In this document: piece by piece, positions 27,801-41,226 of the stretch | Layout of the letters: each line of letters begins with the position of its first letter | How positions within the stretch are numbered: the first letter of the stretch is position 1 | Assembly: GCA_002633005.1 (NCBI GenBank) | Contig: NMRA01000644.1 | Coordinates: forward strand, 62,001-126,000 | Direction: 5' to 3' | Length of the DNA: 64,000 nucleotides | Source of the DNA: Phoronis australis | Taxonomy: Eukaryota > Animalia > Phoronida | Notes under the pieces: model-generated | What the model was told of the DNA's origin: nothing | The model's input: the letters and a program-made list of their open reading frames with translations, nothing else | The model's database searches: none | Position numbers and translations under genes: made by a program

Positions 27801-28052
27801 TAGATACTCTTCATATGTAAAGGAAATTCAGCCACAAACTCTGGGAACATTAGGTGCACCAGTGGGGTCATTAGTTGCAAGTTTTCGTTGATTTTCTTAC
27901 TTTTGACTCTTGTTCTGTCATACCAGGGACATCTCTATCTTTCTCACAAAGAATGCAACTTCTATGCAATGTAATGCTCCTATACTTCAATGTGCACGTG
28001 CATACACCACGCCCAGAGTTGTAAGTGTGCATACTCAATTGCATTATCTAAT
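21871..28052 (+). repeat. Three head-to-tail Helentron/HINE-like units containing ~430-bp tandem monomers
   Basis: 5' hairpin ACTCTGCG..CGCAGAGT plus a (TTC/TAT)n tract. Monomer marker GGGTCAAAGGTCATTAAGTGCAAAAGTG recurs mostly every 428-432 bp. Units end in GAGTTGTAAGTG..ACGCAATTGCGT-T-CTAG (23830, 25777, degenerate ~28052). Confidence 0.75.
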
Positions 28053-28061
28053 TCCTCCCTG

Positions 28062-28168
28062 ATCCCGCCTGATGGCGTGACTGTTTATTTTCAATCAGGG
28101 CCTGATGCCGTCTGGAGGCGTTATCTAAACAATGTATCTCACAGGCGGATCACGCCTTCAGGAGGGAT
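28062..28168. repeat. Small inverted-repeat element
   Basis: ATCCCGCCTGATGGCGTGA is nearly the reverse complement of TCACGCCTTCAGGAGGGAT about 90 bp downstream. Confidence 0.45.
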
Positions 28169-28923
28169 AGAAGGCAGCAATTTAATGGTTTAAGTTTAAA
28201 TATATCTAGGGTATTCCCAGTTTTCTATCCAATGAGGACTGAGACACCATGCTCTATGTTAACTTCTTGTTTGTGAAGTTAATGCTTATTGGCTATTATT
28301 TCTGGAATTTAGAACCATTTCTTCACAAGCAAATTATCAATTCAAGGAAAAACCAGGAAGCGTGTTAGCTTTGTAGTGGTTGTTGTGGTAACTTTTGAAA
28401 GGTTATAGAGATATTCCTCCCTGAAATATAGGTAAGTATGCTTGTTTGATTTGAAGACTAGAATGAAGCTAATTGCCCTGAATTGTAGCCCAATTGGTGT
28501 TACATAACACTGTTGTCACCACTTAATGATCTGATAGGGTGCTCCTTTATTTGAACTGACCAGAAACAATAACAAAATGTTCAATTACTAGGAACATTCT
28601 ACTTTGTGACTAGCACTGTGCACACACTCACTTGAAATTGCTGCCTTGATATTATACGGACATCATCTCTGCTGCTCTCTCACAGTTCTTGAAGTTTTTA
28701 TTATGGAGGATAGTGTGGATACTGATGACACTGGTCACATTTAGATACAGACTTCAGTGATTATGGATATGACAGTGTGGATACTTANGTTTTAATTATG
28801 TGCAGTGCTTGTGACCTAGTGAAATACCCTCCGACTTCAAGGGGGTAGACATTCCACAGCTCAGCCAGGCCACTAAGCAATTTATTCCATATGGTACTCA
28901 GGGTCGAATGAAATATAGTTCTG

Positions 28924-30050
28924 ATTACTCTGCGCGTGTTAGCGCAGAGTCCAGTTGGTCCTGAGTCTTCTTCAATTTTATTATTACTCCGCGCCTGTAA
29001 GCGCAGAGTACTGTTGTTCCTGGGTTTTCTTCAATTTTATAACTCTGCGCGTGCATGCGCTGAGTACTGTTGTTCCTGGGTTTTCTTCAATTTTATCACT
29101 CTGCACGTGCAAGCGCATAGTTTTACTGTTCTACTCATTTTATTTTCCTATTCTCATTATTATTCTTCTTCCATCCTTTTCATATTGTTATTACTCTTAC
29201 ATTCATTCACTTAGAACAATAATATTCATTGTAATTGATCCGATAGTTAAGGGATTTATGTTGATAACATTTTTTCGACCCTAAAGGCACTAGGATGACC
29301 TGAAACGGGTCAAGGAGTGCCTTTTTTCAAAATGCTTCTTCTTCTACAGTTTTTTAGATAGAATCTTTGAATTTTGTTAAGAAGTAGGGACTCAAGAAGT
29401 GCATCAGAAATTTACACGGAAATCCAATCGGACCAAGGGAACCGAGTTTCCAGGTCAAAGGTCATTAAGTGCAAAAGTGATTTTTGGGCTAGACCTTTTC
29501 ATAATGATGCATATGATTACCATTCATTAAGGAAGTTCAGTCACAAACTTTTGGCAGTATATACAATTTGATCCATTACAGTGTATATAATTGCACCGGA
29601 GGAGGTCGTTTGGTGCAAATGTCATATAATTTTAAAAAATGCTGCTCCTCCTTCAGTTTTAAAGCTATCTCTTTCAAATTCGGTGCACAGGTATAAGTCA
29701 ACAAGACAATTTAAAAACTTCTTTTCTAAGTGATCGATTCATCCAGTCAAGTAAAACAGGTCAAAGATCATTAGGTGCAAATTAATTTATGAGCTAGACA
29801 TTTCAAATTCACAAGTTTGATTGGCACGTCTACTTAAATTCGAAATACAAATTTTCAGGTCATTTAGTGCAACCATAGGGTCATTAGGTGCAGTTTTCTT
29901 CAGAAAATTTGATCTTTTCATTTACCAACTATTCCCAACTGTCAACCATTGGACAGCATTCAACACACTTTTCATGGGCTTTGCAATAATTCTCCTAAAG
30001 GCGCTTATAATGCACCGGATATGGTCAATTAGTGCAAAGGTCATCTAACG
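28924..30050 (+). repeat. Fourth HINE-like unit start, with four tandem copies of the 5' hairpin module followed by degraded 430-bp monomers
   Basis: ACTC(T/C)GC..GCGC(A/T)GAGT modules at about 28927, 28986, 29042 and 29098, and the monomer marker at about 29453. Confidence 0.7.
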
Positions 30051-30057
30051 TTCAAAC

Positions 30058-33000
30058 GATATGGACCTGTCAATTTTTTCATTAGGCCATCAGTCAATAC
30101 GGACATGTACATTTTTTCATTAGGCCATAAGACGATATGGACCTGTCCATTTTTTCATTAGCCCATTAGTCAAAGAGGATCTTCCGTTTTTTCATTGGGC
30201 CACTGTGCCGACATGTCCATTTCTAATTAGGCCATTAGTCAAAACAGACATACCCATTTTTGATTAGGTCATCAGTCGATAAGGAGCTGTCCATTTTTCA
30301 GTAGGCCATCAGTAGATACAGACCTGTCATTTTTTCAGTAGGCCATCAGCCAATACAGTCCTGCCAATTTTTTCTTAAGGCCTTTAGTCGATACGGACCT
30401 GTCAATTTTTTCATTAGGCCATCAGTCAATACACTCCTGCCGATTCTTTCATGACGCCATCAGTCGACACGGACCTTTCCACTTTTTCATTAGGCCATCA
30501 TACTATATGGACCTGTCCATTTTTTCATTAGGCCATCAATACAGTCCTGCCAATTTTTGCATAAGGTCATCAGTCGAAACGGACCAGTCAATATTTTCAT
30601 TAGGCCATAAGACAATATAGATCATTCCATTTTTTCATTAGGCCATCAGTCAATATAGACCTGCCCATTTTTTCATTAGGCCGTCAGTCGATAGGGACCT
30701 GCGCATTTTTCATTAGGCCACAGGAGGCACAGAACAGTTCTCACTGGGTTTTGCCCAGCAAAACTCACATCACTTGATTTGTTTTCAGTTATTTCACATA
30801 AAAAGCCCTGCAGATGAGCGCAGGAACTTTATTCTCTCTTGTATTTTTGACCCTTTCAATCCCACTGAAAACCATGCTAGACTATGAAAAATAGGTGCAA
30901 AAAAGTGCAAAATCGGCACATTTGACCCTAAAAACACCATTTCCCTGCCGACGCACAACTAAAACCAACAATAGATTCTGAAAGCAAATTTCCTACAGAC
31001 TCCGAAAATGTGGTCCAAAAGTACTGTCAGAAAACTAGTTTTTCAGCAATTCTTGCTTGTTTGAGGGCTACCTAAAATCACTTCCAATTTCTCAGTCGCT
31101 ACCCAGCAATGCACAATAGCAGCCGAGGGCCGCCATCTTGAAGAAGAGTGCAGCTACAGCCAAAAAAGTGGCGATTTTTATTCACAACATGTTCACAAAT
31201 ACAAACAAACCTCATTCACTGAGCCTACTAGCAATGCCCACATATAAAATGCCCCCAAGCTAGGCCGACCCCAGAATTTTAATATTTTGGGATTGCAAAT
31301 TAGCCGTGGCCGCAGCCTAACTGTTCAGCGCCACCATACGGATGTGCCTATTTTTTCATTAGCCCATTAATCAAAGAGGACATGCCCTATTTTTCATTAG
31401 GCAATCGATCGATACGGACATCCCCCTTTTTTCATTAGGCCATTAGTCAAAACTGACCTGCCCAATTTTTCATTAGGTCATCAATCGATATAGACCTGCC
31501 CATTTTTCATTAGGCCATCAGTCGATATGGACCTGTCCATTTTTCATTAGTCCATCAGTCGATGCGGACCTGCCCATTTTTTCATTAGGCAATCAGTCGA
31601 TACGTATCTGCCTATTTTTTCATTAGCCCATTAGTCAAAGAGGATCTTCCGTTTTTCATTGGGCCACTGTACGGACCTGCCCTTTTTTTCATTAGGCCGT
31701 TAGTCAAAAATGACCTGCCCAATTTTTCATTAGGTCATCAATCGATATCGAACTGCCTATTTTTTCATTAGTCCATCAGTCAATGCGGACCTGCTCATTT
31801 TTTTCATTAGTCCATCAGTCGATGCAGAACTGCCCATTTTTTCATTAGGCCATCAGTCGATAGGGACCTGTCCATTTTTTATTAGGCCATCACTCACTAC
31901 GGGGCTGTCAATATTTTCATTAGGCCATCAGTCAATACAGTACTGCCAATTCTTTCACAAAGCCATCAGTCGATACGGACCTGTCCATTTTTTATAAGGC
32001 CATAGGACGATATGGACCTGTCCATTTTTCCAATAACCCATCAGTCAATACACTCCTGCCAATTTTTGCATAAGACCACCAGTCGATACGGACCTGTCCA
32101 TTTTTTATTGGGCCATAAGACAATATCGACCTGTCCATTTTTTCATTAGGCCATTAGTCAAAACTGACATTCCCAATTTCTCATTAGGTCGTCAAGCGAT
32201 ATGGACCTGCCCCCTTTTTCATTAGGCCATCAGTCAAAACTGACCTGCCCAAATTTTCATTAAGGTCATCAATTGATATGGACCTGTACATTTTTTCATT
32301 AGTCCATCAGTCGATACGGACCTGCCCATTTTTTCATTAGGCCATGAATCGATATGGACCTGTCCATTTTTTCATTAGTCCATCAGTCGATGCAGACCTG
32401 CCCATCTTTTTATTAGGCCATCAGTCGATACGGACCTGACTATTTTTTCATGAGGAAATCAGTCGATACGGATCTGCCTATTTTTTGATTAGCCAATTAG
32501 TCAAAGAGGATCTTCCGTTTTTTCATTGGCTACAGTGCAGACCTGCCCATTTTTTAATTAGCTCATTATTCAAAACAGTTCTACCCATTTTTTTGATTAT
32601 GAGTCGATTTTGAGCTGTTCATTTTTCAATATTCCATCAGTAGATACCGGCCTTTCCATTTTTACAGTAGGCATCAGTCAATACAGTCCTGACAATTTTT
32701 TCAATAGGCCATCAGTCAATACGGAGCTTTCAGTTTTGTCATTAGGCCATCAGTCTATACAGTCCTGCCAATTCTTTCATAGGGCCATCAGTCGTTACGG
32801 ACCTGTCCATTTTTCCATTAGGCCATAAGACGATATGGACCTGTTCATTTTTTCATTAGGCCATCAGTCAATACACTCCTGCCAATTTTTGCATAAGGCC
32901 ATCAATTTATACGGACCTGTTCATTTTTTCATTAGGCCATCATTCAATACAGATCTGCCCACTTTGTCATTAGGCCATTAGTCGATAGGGACCTGCCCAT

Positions 33001-36000
33001 TTTTTAATTAGGCCATTGGAGGCAGAGAACAGTGCTCACTGGGTTTTCCCCAGCAAAACCAACATCACTTGATTTGTGACCTTTTCTTCACTCTGTCAAA
33101 AACAGGATGCAAAGAATGACCTGTTTTCAGTTATTTCACATAAAAAGCCCTGCATATGAGCGCAGAAAATTTATTCTTTCATGTATTTTTGACACTTTCA
33201 ATTCAACTGAAAACAAGCTAGACTATGAAAAATAATAGCAAAAAAGTGCAAAATCGGCACTTTTCACCCTAAAAACACCACTTCCTTGCCGATACACGAC
33301 TAAAACCAACAATAGATTCTGAAAGCAAATTTCCTACAGATTCCGAAAATGTGGTCCAAAAGTACTGTCAACTAACTAGTTTTTTACCAATTCTTGCTTG
33401 TTTGAGGGCTACCTAAAACCACAGCTAATTTCTCAGTCGCTACCCAGCAATGCACAATTGCTGCCGGGAGCCGCCATCTTGAAGAAGAGTGCAGCCACAG
33501 CCATGAAAGTGGCCGTTTTATTCACAGCATTTCGACAAATACAAAAAACCACATCCACTGAGCCTACGTCCAATGCCCACCTACAAAATGCCCCCAAACT
33601 TGGCTTACCCCAATATTTTAATATTTTGGGAGTGCAAATCGGCCGCGGCCGCAGCCTAACTGTTCAGTGCCACCATACGGATCTGCTTATTTTTTCAAGA
33701 ACCCATTAGTGAAAGAGGACCTGCCCATTTTTTCATTAGGCCATTAGTCAAAAGTGACCTGCACTATTTTTGATTAGGTCATCAATAGATATGGACCTGC
33801 CCATTTTTTCATTAGGCCATCAGTCGATATAGACCTGTCCATTTTTATTTGGCCACCAGTTACTACAGGGCCTGTTCAATTTTCATTAGGCAATCAGTCG
33901 ATACGATCTGCCTATTCTTATTAGCCCATTAATCAAAGAGGATCTTCCGTTTTTCATTGGGCCACTGTACGGACCTGCCCCTTTTTTATTAGGCCGTTAG
34001 TCAAAACTGACCTGCCCAATTTTTCATTAGGTCATCAATCGATATGGAACTGCCCATTTTTTCATTAGTCCATCAGTCGATGCAGACCTGCCCATTTTTT
34101 ATTAGGCCATCAATCACTACGGGTCTGTCAATATTTTCATTAGGTCATTAGTCAATACAGTCCTGCCAATTCTTTCACAAAGCCATCAGTCGATACAGAC
34201 CTGTCCATTTTTTCATTAGGCCATTAGTCAAAACTGACCTGCACAATTTTTGATTAGTTCATCAATCGATATGGACCTGCCCATTTTTTCATTAGGCCAT
34301 CAGTCGATGCAGACCTGCCCATTTTTCATTAGGCCTTCAGTCGATATGGACCTGTCCATTTTTTATTAGGCCATTAATCACTACGGGGCTGTCAATATTT
34401 TAATTAGGCCATTAGTCAATACAGTCCTGCCAATTCTTTCACAAAGCCATCAGTCGATACAGACCTGTCCATTTTTTCATTAGGCTATTAGTCAAAATTG
34501 ACCTGCACAATTTGTGATTAGGTCATCAATCGATATGGACCTGCCCATTTTTTCATTAGGACATCAGTCGATATAGACCCGTCCATTTTTATTTGGCCAC
34601 CAGTTACTACGGGGCCTGTCCATTTTTCATTAGGCAATCAGTCGATACGTATCTGCCTATTTTTTCATTAGCCCATTAGTCAAAGAGGATCTTCCATTTT
34701 TCATTGGGCCACTGTACGGACTTGGCCTTTTTTCATTAGGCCGTTAGTCAAAAATGACCTGCCCAATTTTCATTAGGTCATCAATCGATATCGAACTGCC
34801 CATTTTTTCATTAGTCCATCAGTCGATACGGACCTGCTCATTTTCTTGATTAGTCCATCAGTCGATGCAGAACTGCCCATTTTTTCATTAGGCCATCAGT
34901 CGATATGAACCTGTCCATTTTTTATTAGGCCATCAGTCACTACGGGGCTGTCAATATTTTCATTAGGCCATCAGTCAATACAGTCCAGCCAATTCTTTCA
35001 CAAAGCCATCAGTCGATACGGACCTGTCCATTTTTTTCGTTAGGCCATAGGACGATATGGACCTGTCCATTTTTCCAATAAGCCATCAGTCAATACACTC
35101 CTGTCAATTTTTGCATAAGACCATCAGTCGATACGGACCTGTCCATTTTTTCATTAGGCCATCAGTCAAAACTGACCTGCCCAATTTTTCATTAAGGTCA
35201 TCAATTGATATGGTCCTGTACATTTTTTCATAAGGAAATCAATTGATATGGACCTGTCCATTTTTTCATTAGTCCATCAGTCGATGCAGACCTGCCCATT
35301 TTTTCATTAGGCCATCAGTCGATATTGACCTGCCCATTTTTTAATTAGCAGATTAGTCAAAACAGATCTACCCATTTTTTGATTATGTCATCAGTCGATT
35401 GTGAGCTGTTCATTTTTTCAGTATTCCATCAGTAGATACCGACCTGTCCATTTTTACAGTAGGCCATCAGTCAACACAATCCTGACAATTTTTTCAAAAG
35501 GCCATCAGTCAATACGGAGCTGTCAATTTTGTCATTAGGCCATCAGTCTATACAGTCCTGCCAATTCTTTCATAGGGCCATCAGTCGTTACGGAACTGTC
35601 CATCTTTCCATTAAGCCATAAGACGATATGGACCTGTTCATTTTTTCATTAGGCCATCAGTCAATACACTCCTGCCAATTTTTGCATAAGGCCATCAGTC
35701 GATACGGACCTTCCATTGTTTCATTAGGCCATAAGGCGATATGGACCTGTCCATTTTTTCATTAGGCCATCAGTCAATAATATCCTGCCAATTTTTGCAT
35801 AAGGCCATCAGTTTATACGGGCCTATCCATTTTTTCATTAGGCCATCATTCAATATAGATCTGCCCATTTTGTCATTAGGCCATCAGTCGATAGGGACCT
35901 GCCCATTTTTCATTAGGCCATTGGAGGCACAGAACAGTGCTCACTGAGTTTTCCCCAGCAAAACCAACATCACTTGATTTGTCACCTTTTCTTCACTCTG

Positions 36001-37772
36001 TCAAAAACAGGATGCAAAGAATGACCTGTTTTCAGTCATTTCACATAAAAAGCCCTGCATATGAGCGCAGAAACTTTATTCTTTCATGTATTTTTGACCC
36101 TTTCAATTCAACTGAAAACAAGCTAGACTGTGAAAAGTAATAGCAAAAAAAGTGCAAAATCGGCACTTTTCACCCTAAAAACACCACTTCCCTGCCAAAA
36201 CACGAATAAAACCAACAATAGATTCTGAAAGCAAATTTCCTACAGATTCCGATAATGTGGTCCAAAAGTACTGTCAACTGACTAGTTTTTTACAAATTCT
36301 TGCTTGTTTGAGGGCTACCTAAAACCACAGCTAATTTCTCAGTCGCTACCCAGCAATGCACAATTGCTGACGGGGCCCGTCATATTGAAGAAGAATGCAG
36401 CTACAGCCAAGAAAGTGGCCTTTTTATTCACAGCATTTTGACAAATACAAAAAACCACATCCACTGAGCCTACGTGCAATGCCCACATACAAAATGCCCC
36501 CAAACTTGGCTTACCCCAATATTTTAATATTTTGGGAGTGCAAATCGGCGGCGGCCGCAGGCTAACAGTTCAGTGCCACCATACGGATCTGCTTATTTTT
36601 TCAATAGCCCATTAGTGAAGGAGTACCTGACCATTTTTTCATCAGGTCATTAGTCAAAACTGAGCTGCACAATTTTTGATTAGGTCATCAATCGATATGG
36701 ACCTGCCCATTTTTTCATTTGGCCATCAGTCGATATAGACCTGTCCATTTTTATTTGGCCACCAGTTACTACGGGCCTGTCCACTTTTCATTAGGCAATC
36801 AGTCGATACGATCTGCCTATTTTTATTAGCCCATTAGTCAAAAAGGATCTCCCATTTTTTCATTGGCCACTGTGCGGACATGCCCATTTTTAATTAGGCC
36901 ATCAGTCAATACAGTTCTGATAATTTTTTCATTAGGGCATTATTCGATACGGATCTGTCAATTTTTTCAGTAGGCCATCAGTCAATACAGTCCTGCCAAC
37001 TGTTTCATAAGGCCATCAGTCGATAAGGACCTGTCCATTTTTTCATTAGGCGATGAGACATTATAGACCTGTCCATTTTTTCATTAGTCCATTAGTCAAA
37101 ACTGACCTGCCCAAGTTTTCATTAGGTCATCAATCGATATAGACCTGTCCATTTTGATAAGGCCATTAGTCCATAAGGACCTGTAAATTTTGTTCATTAA
37201 TCCATAAGACGATATGGACCTGTCCAGTTTTTTTCATTATTCCATCAGTCAATAATTTCCTGCAGGATGCAAAGAATGACATGTTTTCAGTTATTTCACA
37301 TAAAAAGCCCTGCAAATGAGCGCATCAACTGTATTTTCTCTTATTTTTGACCCTTTCAATCCCAATGAAAACAAGCTAGACTATGAAAAATAGGGGCAAA
37401 AAGTGCAAAATCGGCACTTTTCACCCTAAAAAGCACCACTTCCCTGCCGATGCACGACTTAAACCAACGATAGAGTCTGAAAGTAAATTTCCTAAAGATT
37501 CCAAATATGTGGTCCAAAAGAAGTACTCTCAACTAACTAGTTTTTTAGCAATTCTTGCTTGTTTGAGGACTACCTAAAATCACAGCCAATTTCTCAGTCG
37601 CTAACCAGCAATGCACAATTGCAGCCGGGGGCCGCCATCTTGAAGAAGAGTGCAGCTGCAGCCAAGAAAGTGTCTTTTTTATTCACAGCATGTTAACAAA
37701 TACAAACAAACCACGTTCACTGAGCCTACGTGCAATTCCAACCTACAAAATGCCCCAAAACTTGGCCTACCC
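30058..37772 (+). repeat. Higher-order satellite: four arrays of a ~40-bp monomer separated by a conserved ~610-660-bp spacer
   Basis: Monomer consensus GATACGGACCTGTCCATTTTTTCATTAGGCCATCAGTC. Spacers at about 30722-31335, 33017-33675, 35922-36580 and 37263-37772 (truncated) are mutually colinear. Confidence 0.9.
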
Positions 37773-37927
37773 ACCTTGTAAATTCTCTCCCACGGTGGCA
37801 GCCTTAAAATTTGGACAATATTTTTCTTTATTTACTGTCGGCACGTTGAAAAGTATTAACTATATTTACATGTACTAGGGTAGATAACCGGATGAAAATA
37901 AGCAAGATAAGCTGAACAGTCCAAATC

Positions 37928-38800
37928 ATGGGTTATGGTAACGGGTTACTTTATCATGGGCGGCGCACATTATCAGAAAAACTATCTGACCAGGATCTCT
38001 GTAGAAAACCAGATATTCTCGTTATATTCGACAAAAATATGCACTTAGTCATATTAGCGATAATGCCTGGGTCTAGGAAGACAACAACACCTTCAGCCAG
38101 TGACAGGTCAGTGACTCGAAGCATTTCGTCGTATATGCCTAGAAGTGAGGCGAGCCCAAAGACTACAGATATATCAAACCGTCAACTATTAGAGATACAT
38201 GTAATAAATGACAAGTTCGAAAAACTGTCCAACGATTTTGAGTCTTTCAGACGCGAATATGAAACGTCAAGGGAAGATAACTCTATCTTACGTGATCAGG
38301 TCAAATCACTGGAAGAAAAGTTAGATGATTTAGGGAGTCGATCAAGGCGAGACAACCTTATATTCCATGGCATTGTTGAAAATGGTAACGAAACCTGGGA
38401 CGAATCGGAAAATCAACTTGAAGAGTTTCACAAGGAGCAGCTGAATATTAAAGACATAAACATCGAGCGAGCTCACAGAATGGGCCGCATAACCCAGGGG
38501 AAAGTGCGGCCCATCATAGAAAAACTGAATTCGAAAGATAGGCAAAAAATAATGAGGAAACGAAGAGAAGTGAAACTTCAGAAGACTTCTCAATCCGTTT
38601 TAAGAAGGCAAGGAGAAAGCTGTACGAATTTTCACAATCACACAGTATGGAAAACGCCAAATCAGCTTCAACAAGCTGATCTATAATGGCAGAGTGTTTG
38701 TGTACGACGAATAGAACAATGTGATACAAATCAATTAAACCCCGCACAACTGATGCTGACCCACGCAACCCATCAACCCGAGCGGAAGCCGCTATTCAAC
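37928..38800 (+). pseudogene. LINE ORF1 (coiled-coil plus RRM-like), frameshifted near 38575
   Basis: LEEKLDDLGSRSRRDNLIFHGI.E...ETWDESE..IERAHRMG..KVRPII is the typical L1-type ORF1p pattern. Confidence 0.85.
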
Positions 38801-38811
38801 ATGAAGATCAG

Positions 38812-40170
38812 GGCCCGGTCTCCAATCTCCGTACTCAGACTCATACTCATACTCGAGATTTCATACTGAAAATCGTGCTCACTGGAGTCGTACTCAAAAA
38901 AGCGTATCTAATGTCGTATTTCGATAAGACTCCAAACGTACTCAAATCTGACACTCATACTCGAGTTGCTATGGAACTCTTTATGATGCGAAATGCAAAA
39001 GCACATAAAGCTGCGCTGATTCATCGCTCCCTATTGGAATAGACCACCCCTGGAACTAGCCCTACATTATTGTCTTCTGTCGCTACAACTACAAGAGTAT
39101 GTCTATAAACGTGAAATTCTGAGTGTTCTGTAACTGTTATTCATTTTTTAGTTTCAATAAATATTCTTATGCCATTTCTTTGAAACATTTGGCAATAATT
39201 AAGCTTTACTTCTTCACCCAGTCCTGAAATTGTCGTAAGAAATTTGTAACAGCTTATCGCTCTGTTGCTAATTTAGTCTTGACATAAAACCCATTGTTGT
39301 ATAGGCCTACGCTAGTGTCAAACTTTGATACTGTATCTTTGTATTTTACCGCGATGTATCAAGTGAATTGACATTTGGCACGTGAGTTGAAAAACAATAC
39401 TTATGCAGGCATTCAGAGTTCACCAGTGGCAGTGAACGGGACGAGACGGCAAACAAAATCTGGAATTCCATTAGGGGATTGAGGAATTATAGATTACTAA
39501 GTTATGATGAGAAATGTATATACACTGTACCTGACAGGGAAGCGAACTTTTTTAACTTCCCTCCCCTCCTCGTCTTTTTGAAACCCTACAAAACGTAGGC
39601 ACACATACCGAAATAGGGGCAACACAAACTTCTCACACGACTTTTCCCACAACTGCTTTCAACGCTTGTTATGACTCGCCGACAAGGGATTACAATGCGC
39701 CTGTTGCCAGGAATTGAAGAGGTAGAATGGCGGCCAAAACATACAGTGATACGGCGGGTTAATAAGGTGAAGAGTAAGAACATTTAAGATGAAAACTATT
39801 ATCTCTGAACTGAAATTGAAGTGCTGAGATACGGTAAGAGGACTTTTAGATTTGCTGTTTTTTGGTTCCCTTTCGATAATTTTTTCTCTGGCTCGTATAT
39901 ATTTTCGAGTACGATTTCAAGCACACTACCATACCAAACTTGAAATTTGAGCATAGACTCCGAATTTTTACTCAAAATTGTACTCGAAATATAGATGAGA
40001 AACACTTCAGTTCGAGTACACTCGAAAACTAAGTACGTGCTCGAAATTTTGAGTACAGATTTTTCGTGTATGACATTGATTACACCAAAGCTGAGTCTGT
40101 TCTCGAGTTGAGTATGAAGTGTGAGTTTGAGCATGATTCGAGTCTGAGTACGGAGATTGGAGACCGGGCC
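38812..40170 (-). mobile_element. Internally deleted PIF/Harbinger element nested in the LINE
   Basis: Perfect ~31-bp TIR GGCCCGGTCTCCAATCTCCGTACTCAGACTC and a 3-bp CAG TSD on both sides. Minus-strand remnant LQFLATGAL*SLVGES..VVGKVV*EVC resembles the HARBI1-type transposase HTH. Subterminal ACTCRW repeats. Confidence 0.85.
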
Positions 40171-41226
40171 CAGGTATTCCAGCTCGTCTCAAGCACAGTC
40201 GGACCAGCACTAGAGGTTAGGCCAAGGCCCGTCATGGAAATTTATGTGTTGGAATATCGAAGGTTTAAAGCATAAAATACAGAGAACTGATTTTATATAT
40301 ATGATATGCATATGATATTATCACTTTTGTTGAAAAATGGGGAATGAATGAAAATGAGTTTACACTGGAAGGTTACCAGTGTTTTGGGTCAGTGAGAAAT
40401 AAACACCTTCAAGTATTTCTGAATTCTGGTGGTATAGTATTAATTTGTAAGGAAGTATTGGTGGCTGTTAGGCTTCCTTCAAGTTTGTCTGACGTTTAAT
40501 GAGTAAAAATTAACCTACCCGATTATCTGTATACTGTTTTAGTTGCGGTTGTGTAACAGTCTCCAAAAACTTCAAGTAAAAACTTGGAAATCATGAAGTA
40601 CACTGTACTTGAGCGGGAGGTGCAAGGTTATACTGCCGAAATGAGGGGGGCATGTCACCTTTTTATAATGGGCGATTTTAATGCTCGTACGCGTAACAGG
40701 CCAGACTTTATTGAAGATGATAGTATTAAGTATAAGGATAAATCCAGTCCTATTTTTGATTGTGTTGATTATTTAGAAGATAGAGTGTGTTGTAAGACAT
40801 CACGAGATAATGGCGAGGTGAATGAGTTTGGTACAAAATTATTAGAGTTTTGTCGAAGAAATGAGATAACAATTCTGAATGGAAGAGTAGGGAAAGATAC
40901 AGACATTGGTAGTGTAACACGTGTAACTTATAATGGATCTAGTGTTGTTGACTATGTCATGATGAGCAATGATTTATTGTACTGTGTGGACGGTTTTAAA
41001 GTGTACACATCATGACTCTAGTACCTCAAAATAAATTTTATTATTATGTCTTACTTAATTTTAGTGCCATTAGTACACAACTCATAAAGAAACACGGAAA
41101 ATTAAAAAAAAATAAATATGTTAACGTCATGGGTTGAACCCAAGTCGTTCGCCATATTGTTTGGATTAGAGACACAGTGTATAGAGTGAAGTGAAAGCAA
41201 GGTTTGTTTTCGTCGTTCGTAGAGGG

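Noticed and set aside
30058-37772. CRISPR-like array of ~40-bp repeats with leader-like cassettes
   Set aside because: Monomers are contiguous and degenerate with no unique spacers, there are no cas genes, and the context is eukaryotic. It is a satellite.
23619-37878. Numerous 60-100-aa ORFs inside the satellite region (e.g. 33398-33709, 37383-37577)
   Set aside because: They derive from repeated units whose other copies have stops and indels, and no domain motifs were seen.
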